From NCBI GenBank assembly GCA_002104945.1, contig MCFH01000006.1, forward strand, positions 744,001 through 808,000: a DNA stretch of 64,000 nucleotides, in the 5' to 3' direction. How positions within the stretch are numbered: position 1 is the first letter of the stretch; every line of letters starts with the position of its first letter. Below are positions 24,020 through 39,805 of the stretch, in pieces. The DNA is from Piromyces finnis finn (lineage: Eukaryota; Fungi; Neocallimastigomycota). The notes under the pieces are model-generated. The model did no database searches. It had not been told where the DNA came from and saw nothing but the letters and a program-made list of their open reading frames with translations. A program made the position numbers and the translations under genes.

Positions 24020-24784
24020 TTTTATATTTTAATTAATAATATTTTTATTTACAATTTTTTTTTTTTTTAATTAATTAAGCAAGTTTTTTAACCAAAAAAA
24101 AAAAGGTTTAAAAGTATTAAGAATTAAGATTTTTTTTTTTTTTTTTAATTTTTCCTTTTTTTTTAAATTAAATTAAAATATTTATTGATAAGTGTAAAAT
24201 GTATGATGTATATATGTTAAAATATATTGAAACGTATATAAATCATATTAACATAAGCCACTATATAATCATAGAGATACATTTGATCAGTAACTAATAT
24301 TAATCAAATAATATTAGAATATGTAAGATGAATTGAGTTATTTCAATTTATAAGCCACTATGTAAATATTTTTTTACTATATTAATAATACTTTATCTTA
24401 ATAATGTAAAATCTTAATCTCTAAGATCCTATAATTTAAATTTTAAAATTTTGATAAGGATTTTTTTATTTAATTTCTAAATTATTATAAATTAATATTT
24501 TTTTTTAATTGTAACACAATATTTATTATTTTTAATAAATTGAATCTAAAATACTTAAAAGAAAAAAAACTTTTTTTTTTTTATTCACTGAATAGAATGA
24601 ATTTGAAATTTTATTTTATTTTTTTATTTTAAAATTAATAATAAATAATTATATATTTTTAATATTTTTTTTCAACAATTATATTCTAATTGTTTTATTT
24701 TAGTTTGTCTTAATATTTAGAATATAAAATTTATAAAATCAAATGAAATTGAAAAAAAATGATAAATTATTTTTATTTTAAACC

Positions 24785-26049
24785 TTACATAAATTTTAAT
24801 TTACTGGGAAATATTTGTCAATATTTTCGTGATATAACATTTCATCAATTGGTAGAAAGACACAAAATATGATTTTATCAACCTTTATTATTATTGAGAA
24901 AGATATTTCATTAATATTTTAATGATATTATATTTAAATTAATATTTTAAATAAAAATAAAAAATAATATTATTTTTTATTAAATAATATATTTACTTTT
25001 TCTCTATTATTTTCAGTTTCGAGCCATTCTCTTACTGTACTTAAAGCAATATGTGATGCTTTATCATTTGGGAAACCATAAATTCCAGTTGATATACAAT
25101 TGAAAGCCTTTAATAGTATTTAATTATCATTAGAGGTGGTGTTTGAATATAAATAAAAAGAAATATTAAAATATTTTAAATTATTTCATATACTAGTGAA
25201 TTATTATTTTGTAGTTTGTATTTATATACATATATATTTATTTTATTTTATTTCTTACAATTGATCTTAAATTATTTTCAACTAAAACTTCTAAACAACG
25301 AAGATAACAACTCTTTAATTTTTCACTATTACCATCAGTTGGACCAACTGTGTGAATTACATGTTTAGCTGGTAATTTGTAACCTATGGTTATTGAAACA
25401 AAAAAAAGTAGATAATACAGTTATTATTAAAAAAATGATAATAACAATAATAACGAATAAATAATACCATCAGTAATAACAGCATCTCCTGTATCACAAT
25501 AGCCAAGTCTACGACATTCTTCAGCTAATTGTCTTCCAGCTCTAGAATGAATAGCACCACATACTATTATAATTTATTTAAATTAAAATTATCATGTTTG
25601 ATTGTTCATTTCAATAATTATTATAATTATAATCTTATTTATTTTGTTTGTTTATTTATTTATTTATTTATTACCTCCACCTCCTGGAAGTAAAGCTGAA
25701 TTAGCAGCATTTACTATAGCATCAATTTCCAATGAGGTGATATCACCTTTCCTATATTACATAAATATTAATGTTCTATACATATAAATATTTATATATT
25801 CTTTGTCATATAAAATATAAATGATTATTATTTTCAATTAAATATTTTATTAAATAATTACCATATTTCAATAATAGAATTGATTTTATTATCCACTTTG
25901 TATACAATAAGTAAGCAATATAATCAGTAATTATTAAAATAATAATTTTAAGATTTAATAAACATAACATTCAAAAATAATATATATTATTTATAAATAA
26001 AAACTATTAGTGGTTTTTATTTTTTATTTCATTTTTTAATACCTTTCAT
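24785..26049 (-). CDS. MacroD-type ADP-ribose glycohydrolase / O-acetyl-ADP-ribose deacetylase; multi-exon
   Basis: MK|[12 protein letters not shown]|[25 protein letters not shown]|[10 protein letters not shown]...GDAVITD|[15 protein letters not shown]...|[13 protein letters not shown]...|VDKIIFCVF...KFM*. The start codon in a 7-nt exon is inferred. Confidence 0.9.
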
Positions 26050-26726
26050 TATTTATTTATTTTTTTAATATTAGATAAATCTTAAAATTATATTTTAAAA
26101 AAATAAAATATAATTTTTTTTTTTTTAAAAAAATATTTAAAACAGTATAGATTTTTTAAAAAAAAAATTCTCTGTAATATTTTATTAGAGCTTATAAAAA
26201 AAAATAATAAAATAAAAATAAAAAATAATAATTAAATATATAATAATACACATTTATTATTCTTCAATAATTTCTTTAGTTTTTGTGTCAAGTAATTATT
26301 AAAAAATAATAAGAAGAATAAGAATAATAATAATTAAATTTATAAAAAGAATTTGGAAAATAAATAAACAAGACAATTATAAATATATATATTACACATA
26401 TTCTTATACTAAAATAATGAAAAATCAATACATAATACATAAAACAATAGTGTAAACTTTATATTTTATAATATATATTACTGTTTATATATATTAATAA
26501 TCTTTTATTATTAAAATAAATTATTCTTTTGTTATTATTAATGAATAAATTTTAAAGAATATTATTTTACAATATTTATTCTATTTTAAATTATGATATA
26601 TTGATTGATGTTCCTTTTTACAATTGCAAATAATTCAATAATTTTTGTTATTTTAGTTTATTATAGTGTTTTTATCATTTTAATGATTTATTTCATTATT
26701 TCTTGGAATTATTTTATTTATTCAAT

Positions 26727-27479
<753 letters not shown>

Positions 27480-29110
27480 TTTCGTGTATTTTTCTTTTAT
27501 TAAATATAATTATAAAATATTAATTTAAGTGTATATAAAATACAACAATTTTATTTTTTTTTTTAATATATAATTTTTAATTTCTTTTTTTTAACTAAAT
27601 TAGATTAAAAATTAAGAACTTTTTTGTTTAAAAAAAATAATAAAAATTTTAAAAAAAATATATATATATATATTATTTATTTTATTATATTAAATATTTA
27701 AGTATATTAAACACATTCATTTATAATTAAAAAAAAAAAACAATAAACTTTCATATAAAATTAATGAATTACAAATAATATATTAAAATATTAAATTTAT
27801 AATATTTATAATATATTCTTATAACTTCTATTAATAATTTTATTTAATATAATAATTAATTTTTATCTTTACATAAATATGTACATTATGCATTATTAAT
27901 ATATTTATGATTTATTTAAAATTTATTATTAAGAGTTTAAATAATAAATATAATTATAGTTTATAATAAATAAAGTAATATATTTGAGTTTAAACTTATT
28001 TTAAAATATAAAATTACTTTGTTTATTTTAACTCACATATTATGATAATATTAATTTTTTGATTTACTGAAAATTTACTATTATTTTAACATACATATTA
28101 CGACAATATTAATCTTTTGATTTACTGAAAATTTATTAAGTCTAATTACTTATTACTTTTCATATATTTTATGCATGTAACAAAAATTATATTAAAATAT
28201 TTATTTTTTAATTCAAAGATAAAAACATAATTTTAAAATTTCTTCTAGGAAATATAGTTAAGAATACAGATAAAATATTGCTAAAATATTGTTTTTCTTT
28301 ATAATTTAATTACTTAAAATAAAAAATAATTTTTTTTTAAAAAAAAAGAGAAGGATAACTTTAAATTTCAACTTATTCCAATTAAAAAAAATTATTTTAA
28401 AGGATAAAGAATAACTTATGTATTTGAAAGTAAAATTGACCATAACAAATACCTTTTTTAATTAATATCAACTACTTATAATAATGCTAGAATAAAATTT
28501 ATAAATCTTTTTAAATTTAAAAGTATTTTTATAAGATATTTATATAAAATACTAAGTATTTAGTTTTTTAAAATTTATTTCTTTTTATTACTGGATTTAT
28601 GAATTTATAAATACTACGTCATTCATCTAACCCTTTATTAATTTTATTACTTAATTTATTAATGGTTAGATTAAACTTTAGTGTAAAGTAAATAATAAAA
28701 TAATCTTTAGTTTTACAAGAATTTGATAATAATTAAGATAAAAATAAAGTGTATAATGAATTTAAAAGATATTATACATTAAATTTATAATTGTTTTTAG
28801 AAAATTAAATTAATAAATAAAGAAATTTATTTTTAATAATTTCTTTATTATTCTTTTTTCTTTTTTATTTACTTATTTGCTTATTATCGTTATTATAATC
28901 ATTATTATTATTTTTTGGTAATTAAAGATTTTGGTTATTTAAATAAAGTTTATATTATATATAATTTGTTAATGAAATTTAAATATACTTAGTATAATTA
29001 ATTTAATATTATATATATGAGTTACATTTAAAGGAAAGAGTTATTAAATAAATCATTATTATCATTATTATTATCATTATTATTATTTTCTTTTTTATTT
29101 TCAAAGGAAA

Positions 29111-29278
29111 ATGTCAACTATTTCATCTTTTTCCCAAGAACAATCTATTACTGGAACATCATTGACAAATCTTAACAATAATAATTCAGATTCATCTTCT
29201 TTTAGTACAACAATATTAAGAGATTTTGCTCGAAAAGAACTCATTGATATACTTGATTCAGTAATTTTATTTTATTTA

Positions 29279-29327
<49 letters not shown>

Positions 29328-30567
29328 TTTCTTCATAAAGTAGATATTTTATTTTAATTGTTGACTTTTATTTTATTCTTTTCTTCCCGTCTAAAATAAA
29401 TATATTAACTAAATACTAAACTATTTTAACTTAATTTTATATTATTATTTTAAATATTATTATAAAAACATTTAAATTTGATTATACATTATTATTTCAT
29501 TTTCAATATAAAAAAGATTCGTGGAAAAAAAAGTCTTGTTATTGATCCTTCAATTAGTGGTTCTTTAAGCTTAATAGCTGAATTTTCATTATTAAAGGTT
29601 ATAATTATTCATACATTTCTTTCGGTTTTCTTTTTTTAACTTTCAAAATTTTTTATATTTGAATTAGAAAATGTCAATAATTGAACTTTAAATTCAAAAT
29701 CAATTATATAACTTTAAAATTAAAATATACTATAATTCACAAATAAGAGTTAATGATTTATTTTAAATCATTAAAATTATTGGAAAATTTTTAAAAATTA
29801 GATAAAAGCAAGAATTTAAACATATACATTATATTTAAATAAATTTCGTATTAATCATAATAAAATCTACATTTCTAATTTCTATACAAGGAATTAATTT
29901 TGCTTAGTTTTCAATGATAAAAATAATTCATTTATATAAAAAAAATAAATATGAAAAATATGTTTACATACATACATGTAAGAAGATAACTTATAATTAT
30001 TAATATTAATACTTTTATAATATAAAAAGGAACATGGCGTCGAAAATATATATCATTTACAATCTGGAAGGTTTAATATTCAATGTCAACACTTAGTATT
30101 TATATGTAGACCAAAAATGATGAATATGACGTATATTAGAGGTTATTATAATACTTATATCGTAAATAGACTAAAATAATGATATTATTAAGAATGAAGA
30201 AATATTAACAATAAAAATTTTATTTAACAAAATAATTTATAGATATAATATTGGATCATCGTCAAAATGCTAATAATGAAATTCAATATTATATTTATTT
30301 TGTGCCAAGAAGAACGATGATATGCGAAAGAGTATTAGAAGATGCTGGAGTTTATGGAGATATCCTTTATATATTCATAATATTTTATTTTTTTCATAAA
30401 CATTAAAAGTATTAGAGTGTCATATTGTTGTCTTTAACATGCATATACATGTAACTATTGGTGAATATCATTTAGATATTGTTCCATTAGATGACGATTT
30501 ATTATCAATGGAGTTAGAAAACTCATTTAAGGATTTGTTTCTAGTAAATATATATTTTTATATATAG

Positions 30568-30598
<31 letters not shown>

Positions 30599-32885
30599 TA
30601 TTGCTAATATAATTAAAATATTATATTAAAATTTTTAAATATATAATATGTAATAAATATTTACTTTATTTTTAATTAAAGGACGGAGATATGACATCTT
30701 TATATTATGTAGCAAAAGCATTACTAAAATTACAAACTATTGTTGGTATAATACCAAAAATTATTGGAAAAGGAAAATGTGCAAATGTAAATATTATTTT
30801 ATATTAAATATAAAATTGATTATTCTTTTACTATAAACATATTTGATTGTTTTTATTCATATATATATATATATATATATATATTTTAATAATAATAACA
30901 AGTATTTAAAAGATACACTGTTCAATCTTCGCAAGGAACTGGAAGCAAATCATGCTAATAGTATATCCTCAATACCTTTATTTCCATTAACTTCAGAAAT
31001 AGATTCTTTAATTATTTTAGATCGGTCAGTAGATTTAATTACTCCAATGTGTACTCAATTAACTTATGAAGGATTAATTGATGAAGTTTATGGCATTAAA
31101 AGTAGTAAGTTTCTTATTGATAATTCACTATTCAATTATTGTTTTAGTCTTCATATATACATATTTTTAATTATTTATTGCTATCAATATTATTATTAAT
31201 AGCCTTTGTTGAATTAGATTCATCTCTCGTTGGTTTATCTCAAAATAATGCTAATATATCTCATAAATTGAAGAAAATACCATTAAATTCTAATGATAAA
31301 CTATTTAGCCAACTTCGTGATATGAATTTTGCTGTTGTTGGCGGCATACTTAGTCAAGTAGCTAGACGTATTCAAGATGATTATGAAGGAAGACATCAAG
31401 TTAAAACTGTTTCACAAATTCGAGATTTTATTGGTAAACTAAACAATTTAAGAGCTGAACATCAATCTTTAAGACTTCGTAAGTTATAATAGTAATAGTA
31501 GTAATAATAATAATGATAATAATATATATATATGCATTTATAATAAGAATAAATTAATTATAATAAACTATTATTATTATGTGTTTTTAATACTATCATT
31601 ATATTTTAGACACAAATATGACAGAAGAAATAAGAAAATATACATTAGATCAAGATTTTAATAAATTTCTTGAAGTTCAACAAAGTAATAATTTATTATT
31701 ATTATTATTATATATTATATTATTACTATTATTACTATTATTATTACTTATTTTTATTTATTCCTTTATTAAAAGATTTTGTTGCAGGAATTACAAGTCA
31801 TAATCATGTAGAATATATTGAGGAAATGATAAATAATCAACAATCTATTCAACAAACTATACGTCTATTAGGATTATTATCATTAGTTAGTGGTGGTGTG
31901 AGAGCAAAATCATTTGAATTTTTTAGAAAAGAAATTGTACAAGTATGTAATTTATTGGATTATTATTAATTTAATTTTTTACCAATAAATAATTATGTAT
32001 ATAATGTTTAATTATTAATAATATTAATAATATTATATAATATTATTAATTAAATTATAAAAGACTTATGGTTATCAACATATTATAACTTTAGATAATT
32101 TATCTAAAGTCGGCTTATTTAAAAAATACGATGGTTCAAAAAATACTTATCCATCAGTAAGAAAGAACTTAAAAATAATTGTTGATGATGTTGATGAATA
32201 TAATCCAAATGATATTTCTTATGTTTATTCAGGCTATGCTCCAATTAGTGTAAGATTAATTCAATGTGCATGCTTATCACCAAATAATAAAAGTATGCCA
32301 ATGTCTGGTACAACTTCACTCTTTTATTCAACATCTCTCCTTTCTTCATCCAATTCAAATGCCTACACTTCAGACAACAATAATTCATCATCATTAAATA
32401 ATAATAATAATAATAATAGTAATTCAAATAGTACTGTTAGCTGGAAAGGATGGGAAGAAGTTTTAAAATTGTTGCCAGGTCCTTTATTTGAAGAAGAGCA
32501 AGCTGTTCCAAGCAATTCTATTTACTTTAATAAAAGTATATTGATATCAAATATATTAATTTTTTCATAAACATATTTATATAATATATAAATAATAATA
32601 TTATTAATTTATGATTCTTATTAATTGTAGAAAATCAAAATCAACGTAAAATATCGATTGTTCTTTTCCTTGGTGGTTGTACATTTACTGAAATATCATC
32701 TTTAAGATTTCTTTCACAACAAGAAGATAGTAAGTTTTTATTTTTATTTTTATTTTTTCTTATAATTTTAATCTAATCTATTTCCTTTCCTAAATTTATT
32801 TATAGTTCAAAGAGATTTCATTATATTAACTACTGATATAATAAATGGAAATACTTTAGTTGATTCGTTGATTAATCAAATTTAA
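29111..32885 (+). CDS. VPS33: Sec1/Munc18-family vacuolar sorting protein Vps33; many exons
   Basis: [10 protein letters not shown]|[93 protein letters not shown]. Confidence 0.95.
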
Positions 32886-33072
32886 TTATGTCAAAAAATC
32901 AAATGTAAATATTTATGTAGAAAATACATACCAGTTATTCATTATTAATCATCAATTTAAGTATTTTGTAGTTTTATGAAAATAATATATAATGAATATA
33001 ATGAATAAATAATTAATACTAAAATCAATTCAAGTTTTATTATTATTCAATGAATGAAAATTATAATACTAA

Positions 33073-33076
<4 letters not shown>

Positions 33077-33151
<75 letters not shown>

Positions 33152-33158
33152 CAACAAC

Positions 33159-33214
<56 letters not shown>

Positions 33215-33224
33215 CAACAACAAC

Positions 33225-33286
<62 letters not shown>

Positions 33287-33296
33287 CAACAACAAC

Positions 33297-33347
<51 letters not shown>
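33077..33347. repeat. (AAT)n/(AAC)n microsatellite
   Basis: Directly visible; it produces the spurious poly-N and poly-L ORFs. Confidence 0.97.
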
Positions 33348-33349
<2 letters not shown>

Positions 33350-35798
33350 TATATATTTTTATATACTATTTTATACTATTTATTTACTAAACTCTACATT
33401 AATATATTATTATCCATGGTAATTTTTGTATTATTCAATTTTTATATTTCTATAATAGTAAATTTTTAGTTTTTTATTTTTCTATTAATTCATATTAATA
33501 GCCAATAAATTTTTTTAAAAATATTTTATAGAAAATTATTCACTAATTTATTTAGTTAAATTATTAATATTAATATAGAAAGCTATATACTATTAATTTA
33601 TAAAAGGATTTGGAAACATTTCTTAAATTTCATTTTTAAAACTAACCTTTACTAATGGATAGAGAATTTTAAAAAAAGATAAAATTGGAAAACAACTTAC
33701 TTTCATATATAATTTGTTTATTTTTATAAGGAAACATCATTTATTATCATTATTGTTGTATTTATTTGATATTATAATATTAATCAAAGGATTTTTTGAT
33801 TAAATAGAATAAATTTAATTAAAATCTAATATGAAAGTACATTAAATTTATTATATTTTAAAAAATTAACTATTACTGAAATATTTTTATCATTTTAAAA
33901 ACCTTTTTTAATGCAAAAAGAAGTATATTAATTATATATACAATTTATCATAAAAATTTAATATTAAATGTTATTTAATATATTTTTGAAATACTTTGAC
34001 CTATTATTTTGAATATTAATAATTATAAAAGATTTTAAGTAAATGATATTTATCATAACGAAAGAAAAAAATTGAATAAAAATTAAAGAATACTTTAAGG
34101 AATTTAACATGAAAGTATAATATTATATACTTAACTTTTCTTGATAAAGGCATAAAGATTTCCATAGATATTTCACCTTTTAAATAACGACAAGAAACAT
34201 TAAGTACTGGCTTAAATTATCATCAAGGGTTAGAAATTGAAATAAATAAATAAATAAATAAATAAATGAATCTTTGTATTAATTCTATAAATTAATATTA
34301 TATTATATATATATTATAATATATGATATCACTTAATTTCTGTTAAATAATAATTTATTTAATTTTCTAAATGAATTAATCTAATGTAATAAAAAAGCAC
34401 AAATAGAATGAAAAGAATTTTATAAATAATATTTAATCGAAGAATTGTCATATTATAATATATTGTTACATATATAATATATATTAAACTTTATAAAGAA
34501 TAAAATATATTCTTAATACTTTATTCAATTATGAAAAATAATTTCTTTTTAATAATATATTATAAAATATGTCAATATATATTAATTGTATATTCTTTTT
34601 TTTCGGTTGGCTCAATTAAAATCTGTTATATATAAACATCAATTTAAATTATTAAAATGTGTTATAATATATTATATTATAATAATTAATCTAATTTAAA
34701 TAAATTATAAAATAATATAAGAACTTTATATTAAGAATTATATTAATTTATAATTATTATATAAATTGAAATGATATATTATTGGCAAAATTATTTCCAA
34801 GTATATTATTAATATTCATTAATATTAATGTTTTTTATATTTAATAATATTAACTCAATTTTATAACAAAATATATAAACTCATTATTGTAGGTATTGTA
34901 GGTAGTACTAATAAAAAAACAAAACAAAACAAAACAAAATCTTAATAAATATATTAATTATTTATTTTTCTATTTTTTTTTTTTATTTTATTTCTTCTCC
35001 TTTAGGTTGAAATTTTAAATTTAAATTATATATAATTATTTCCAGCTCATTATAAAATTAATAAAATAATAATAATAAATTGTTAAATACCATATTATTT
35101 ATTGTTGTTGAATTACATTTTTCTTTATATTTATTAATTTATATTTACTTATAAATTTATTTTTATTATTTATTAAAAACAAAAACAAAAATAAAATAAA
35201 TTATAGAAAATAATTTTTTATATATAAATTTTATTTTGTTAAAAAAATATAATTCTTTAATATTAAGAATATATCAATATTATATAAAGAGGGAAGCTAG
35301 TATGTAAAAAAAAAGTATTTATTATTTATATATTTATATATAATTATTATATAAACATTAAAATAGAAAATAAAAGAATCAATAAACAAATGTGAAGATT
35401 TTTAGATTTTTTTATATCTAAAAATATAAATAAAAGCTGGAATATTATACAATAGTAATTAAAAAAAAAATAAAATCAAAAAATAAAAAAAGAAACAAAG
35501 CATATAATTACAATATAATATTAATAAATAATTCTCAAGCTAACTTTATATTATATTTCTTTTTTGTTTTATATATTTTTTAAGCAGTAATTATATATTT
35601 TATTTTTTTTTGTAAATAATATTTTTGTATTTTATATTTTAAATTAAAGAATAAAAACAAACAAAAAAATAGAAGAAAAATTGAATAATAACAATAAATA
35701 ATAAAAAATAAACAATATAGTGTACAAAGACAATATTATATTTGATAAGGTCAAAACAATTTTATATTTATAAATAATAATTAAAAAATAATAGAACA

Positions 35799-38700
35799 AT
35801 GAATATTGAATTTCCAGTTGCAAATGTTGCAAAAAATTCACCACCAACCTCTGTTTATCAACAATGTAACCAACTTATTCAGGTTATATGGTCACTTTCG
35901 AATCATCATGAGATAAATAAAAATATGGAAAATGGTTATGATTTTAGAAAGGCACTTTTCCCAAATGGAACAGAAAATGTTGAAGGATCAAAAAAAGATC
36001 CTGTGACAATATTATGGGATTTTTGTGCGTTAGGTAGTTCATTGTGTGCTATTATAAATTTATTTAAGGATAGTGAAAAAATAAAGATAATTGAAATTGA
36101 ACCAGAACGTCCAATAGACGAAACAATGAAAATGAGAAAAAAATCAGTTTTTTTGTTTATTAAAAGTTGTAAAGATACTTTTAATATGACAGATGGTGAA
36201 CTTTTTAACATTTCTGATGTTTTTCGTGATAATACAAATTACTTTGTAAAGGTAATTATTATTTTAAATATATACATTTTTAATTTATTTTATGATTCTA
36301 ACATTTTATAAATAAATTAGGTTGTTAAAACTCTAAATAATGTAATTGAAAAATTAAAAGAGAAAGAAGGTTTACCAAAAGAATTAATTCCATTACCAGA
36401 AAGTTTAGGAATTACAGAATTAAATGTTGCCAAACCAACTGATTACAGAGCTCAACAAATAAAAGAAATTTTAGAAACTGAAAGAAGTTACGTTAGGGAT
36501 TTAGAATTAATTAGAGTAAGTATTTATTAAATTATTTTAAAATTAGTTATAAAAAAATTAATATTATATACTTTAATAATAGACTTATAAAAATGAAGCA
36601 CAATATGAAGGCGTTATATTAAAAGATAAAGCAGAAAAAATATTCCCAGAGTTTGATGATTTAGTTGAAAAACAAAGAAGATTTTTAATTGATCTTGAAT
36701 CTGAGTTAGCCTTACCAGTTAAAAAACAAAGAATTGGAAATTTGTTCTTGATGCATAGAGAAACTTTTGTTGTATATGAAGCTTATTGTTCAAATCAAGA
36801 AAAAGTATCAGAAATGATTGAAAAAGAAGCAGATTACTATGTTGAAAGTTGGTCAAAAACATATGCTAAATTTAATGGTCTTCCAGAAGGTACAATTGTT
36901 AGCCAAAATAATCAAATTTCTTCATATTTAATTAAACCAGTACAAAGAATTTGCAAATATCCATTATTACTTGAACGTTTATATAAACATGATAAAAAGG
37001 AGAATCATCCATATGCTGAAGAGTTATTACAAGGTTTAGAAGTTATTAAGAGTATTGTTCATAATATTAATGAAGCCAAAAGAATATATGAAAATAATAA
37101 AAAAGTATTTGAATTATATAAAAATGAAATAGATTGGAAAAATTTAAAAGTAAGTATTGATCAGATTATTAAAGGAGCTAAATCAGAAAATGGGAGAAAA
37201 GGATATGATCCAAGTTTAGATGATATGGTAATTAATGAAAAAAATTTTAATAGTATAATATTTGAAAGTAGTAGAGTTTTCGGTAATTTAATATTAACAG
37301 AGCAATTTGAAGTAAGCTCACCTGATGATGGTGATAAACTTTTATATATTTATTTGTTTGAAAAAGTGTTATTATCATTTAAAGAAAGTACTAAAGCCAA
37401 AAAATCAAAAATGGCATTAATTTTGAATAATAATCTTTTCACAACATTTATTACTGGTGTAGAAGATATTTCAATTCCAGAACAAATGAAATTTCAATTT
37501 AAGATTGAAATAAAAAAATCTGATGGTTTTATTTCATATATATTCAAAACCAAAAAAGGTTTAGACTTAGTTCAAAGATGGGTTGAAGCAATACGTGATA
37601 TTAAAACAAAGCGTTCTCAACAACAGGATAATGCTTTTAGTAATAATACTAAATTATTCCATAATTATTCAATTCAAAATCAAGATGAGCAAAGAATCAA
37701 TAATGAAATTAATATGGCTCAAGTACAAAGATCCAATTATGAAAGAAATGCAATTCAAATGCAAAGAGTTAATAATACACCATTAAACAATTACTATAAC
37801 TATAATTCAGTTAACCCACAACAATATAGCCCACAACAATATAACCCACAACAATATCAATATGATCCATATGATGAAGAATTTCCAGAAGAACAGTTAA
37901 ATATGAGAAAAATGGATGAAGCTAATTATATGCCATTTTTGCAAGGTAATTCATATTCTAAAGCGTTACCAAAACAAAAACCAGTACCATTCCGTTCTTC
38001 TTCATTTACAAGAAATGAGTCACAAGAAAATAATTCTAGTTTATCTCAATCTTATTCATCGACAGCTTCAAATTCATATTATAGTGTTGGTAATGAACCA
38101 AGAAATTCTCAGTATGATATTTATTCAAATGATAATTACTATGATGATTCATTCTTAGATGACTATTTTGGGTATGAATCTGATCCAGAAGATAAATATA
38201 TTCCTGAATCAATAAGTAGTAATTCATATAATCAATATCATCCAGGATCTTCTACTTCTCAATATCAGCAGCAACAATATTCAAATAATACTGCTGCTCA
38301 AAACTATTATTCACATAGTCGTTCAAATTCTAATCAATATTCGAATCAAAGTTCAAGAAATTCTTCATATCCGGAGTTACCAACTCCAAACTTTGTTCCA
38401 CCCCCAACATTAATAAATGAAAATAATAGAATGGTAAATGTTATTTTTAATTAATATATATATTTAACTTTTATAATAATAGTATAAATATTAAGAAAAA
38501 ATTATGATAAATATTTAATGCTTATTTAATATAATTGAAATTAAAATAGAATAATGGTCAATACATCATTCATCAACGTAATTTAAGCAATCCAGCATCA
38601 ATGATGCAATCTGTATCAACACCACAGCGTAGAGAAAGATCATTATCTCGTGGATCACGTACTCCTGTTCAAATGAAAACGAGTGCATCTGCTAGTAATA

Positions 38701-39218
38701 TTCATGGTTTAAATAATGCTATGAATAATATGAGTATAAATAATGGAATAAGTCAATCTTATAATTCATTTAATCAAATTACTCCTCCAATCACTCCATT
38801 ACAACATTCAAGTCATAGTACTCCAATGTTAGCTAATGTTCCTCCGCTTGCTCAAAGTTCTTATGGATCATATGATAATCAAAATCAACATAGATCCTTC
38901 CTTCCAGGTTTAGCATTAGGTAATACAGCAAAGTTGAAGACACATTTTAAAGAAGACACCTTTACAATAGCAGTACCTTCAACATCAATTTCATATGAAG
39001 ATTTAAGAAAGAAAATAGAAAAGAAATTAAGACTTTGTTGTCGTATACCAGCTGATTTTAATTTTAACCAATTAAGTATTCATTATAAGGATGAAGCTGG
39101 CCGTCATATTTCAATTAAAAATGATGATGACATTTTTGAAGCATTCGAAACAACCTATCGTACTTTTGTAGGGAAACGTAGTAGTGGTACTATGGTTATT
39201 GAATTATTTGTTCAATAA
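35799..39218 (+). CDS. CDC24: Cdc24/Scd1-like Rho GEF (CH-DH-PH-PB1), about 5 exons
   Basis: DPVTILWDFCALGSSLC (Cdc24-type CH), EILETERSYVRDLE and YLIKPVQRICKYPLLL (DH), LYIYLFEKVLLSFKE (PH), and C-terminal ISYEDLRKKIEKK...YKDEAG...DDD (PB1). Confidence 0.92.
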
Positions 39219-39650
39219 ATGATAAATGAAAGAACAAATAGTTCTTTATATTTTACCAGTAAATTTTAATTTTTTAATTTATTTTTCTTAAATAAATAAG
39301 AATTATTAATCAATAAAAATTAATTACAATGTTCAAAATAAATGATTATTAAACATATAAGAAATTATTATTAAATAAAAATATTAAATAGGATAACAAC
39401 AATGATAAATAACAATAATTTAAAAAAAAAGAAAGAAAAAAAGTTTAGTTATTTAGAAAAATTAAGTATTTATTTAAATTTACTAGCATAATAATATTGA
39501 ATATAAAAGTATAGCTTAATAACAACTTAAAATAAAAAGGCTAAAAATATTTGAATTATTTTGTTTTTATTTTTTTTAACATATTTAAAATAAAAAAAAA
39601 ATTAAAAATTTCCTCTTTAAATTTATTTTTTATTTATATTCTTTAGAAAA

Positions 39651-39655
39651 TAAAA

Positions 39656-39722
<67 letters not shown>

Positions 39723-39741
39723 AAAATAAATAAATAAAAAA

Positions 39742-39804
<63 letters not shown>

Positions 39805-39805
39805 A
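39651..39805. repeat. (AAAT)n microsatellite
   Basis: Directly visible. Confidence 0.93.

Noticed and set aside
33047-33422. Poly-Leu and poly-Asn ORFs (also 14367-14587)
   Set aside because: They are translations of AAT-type microsatellites with no coding complexity.
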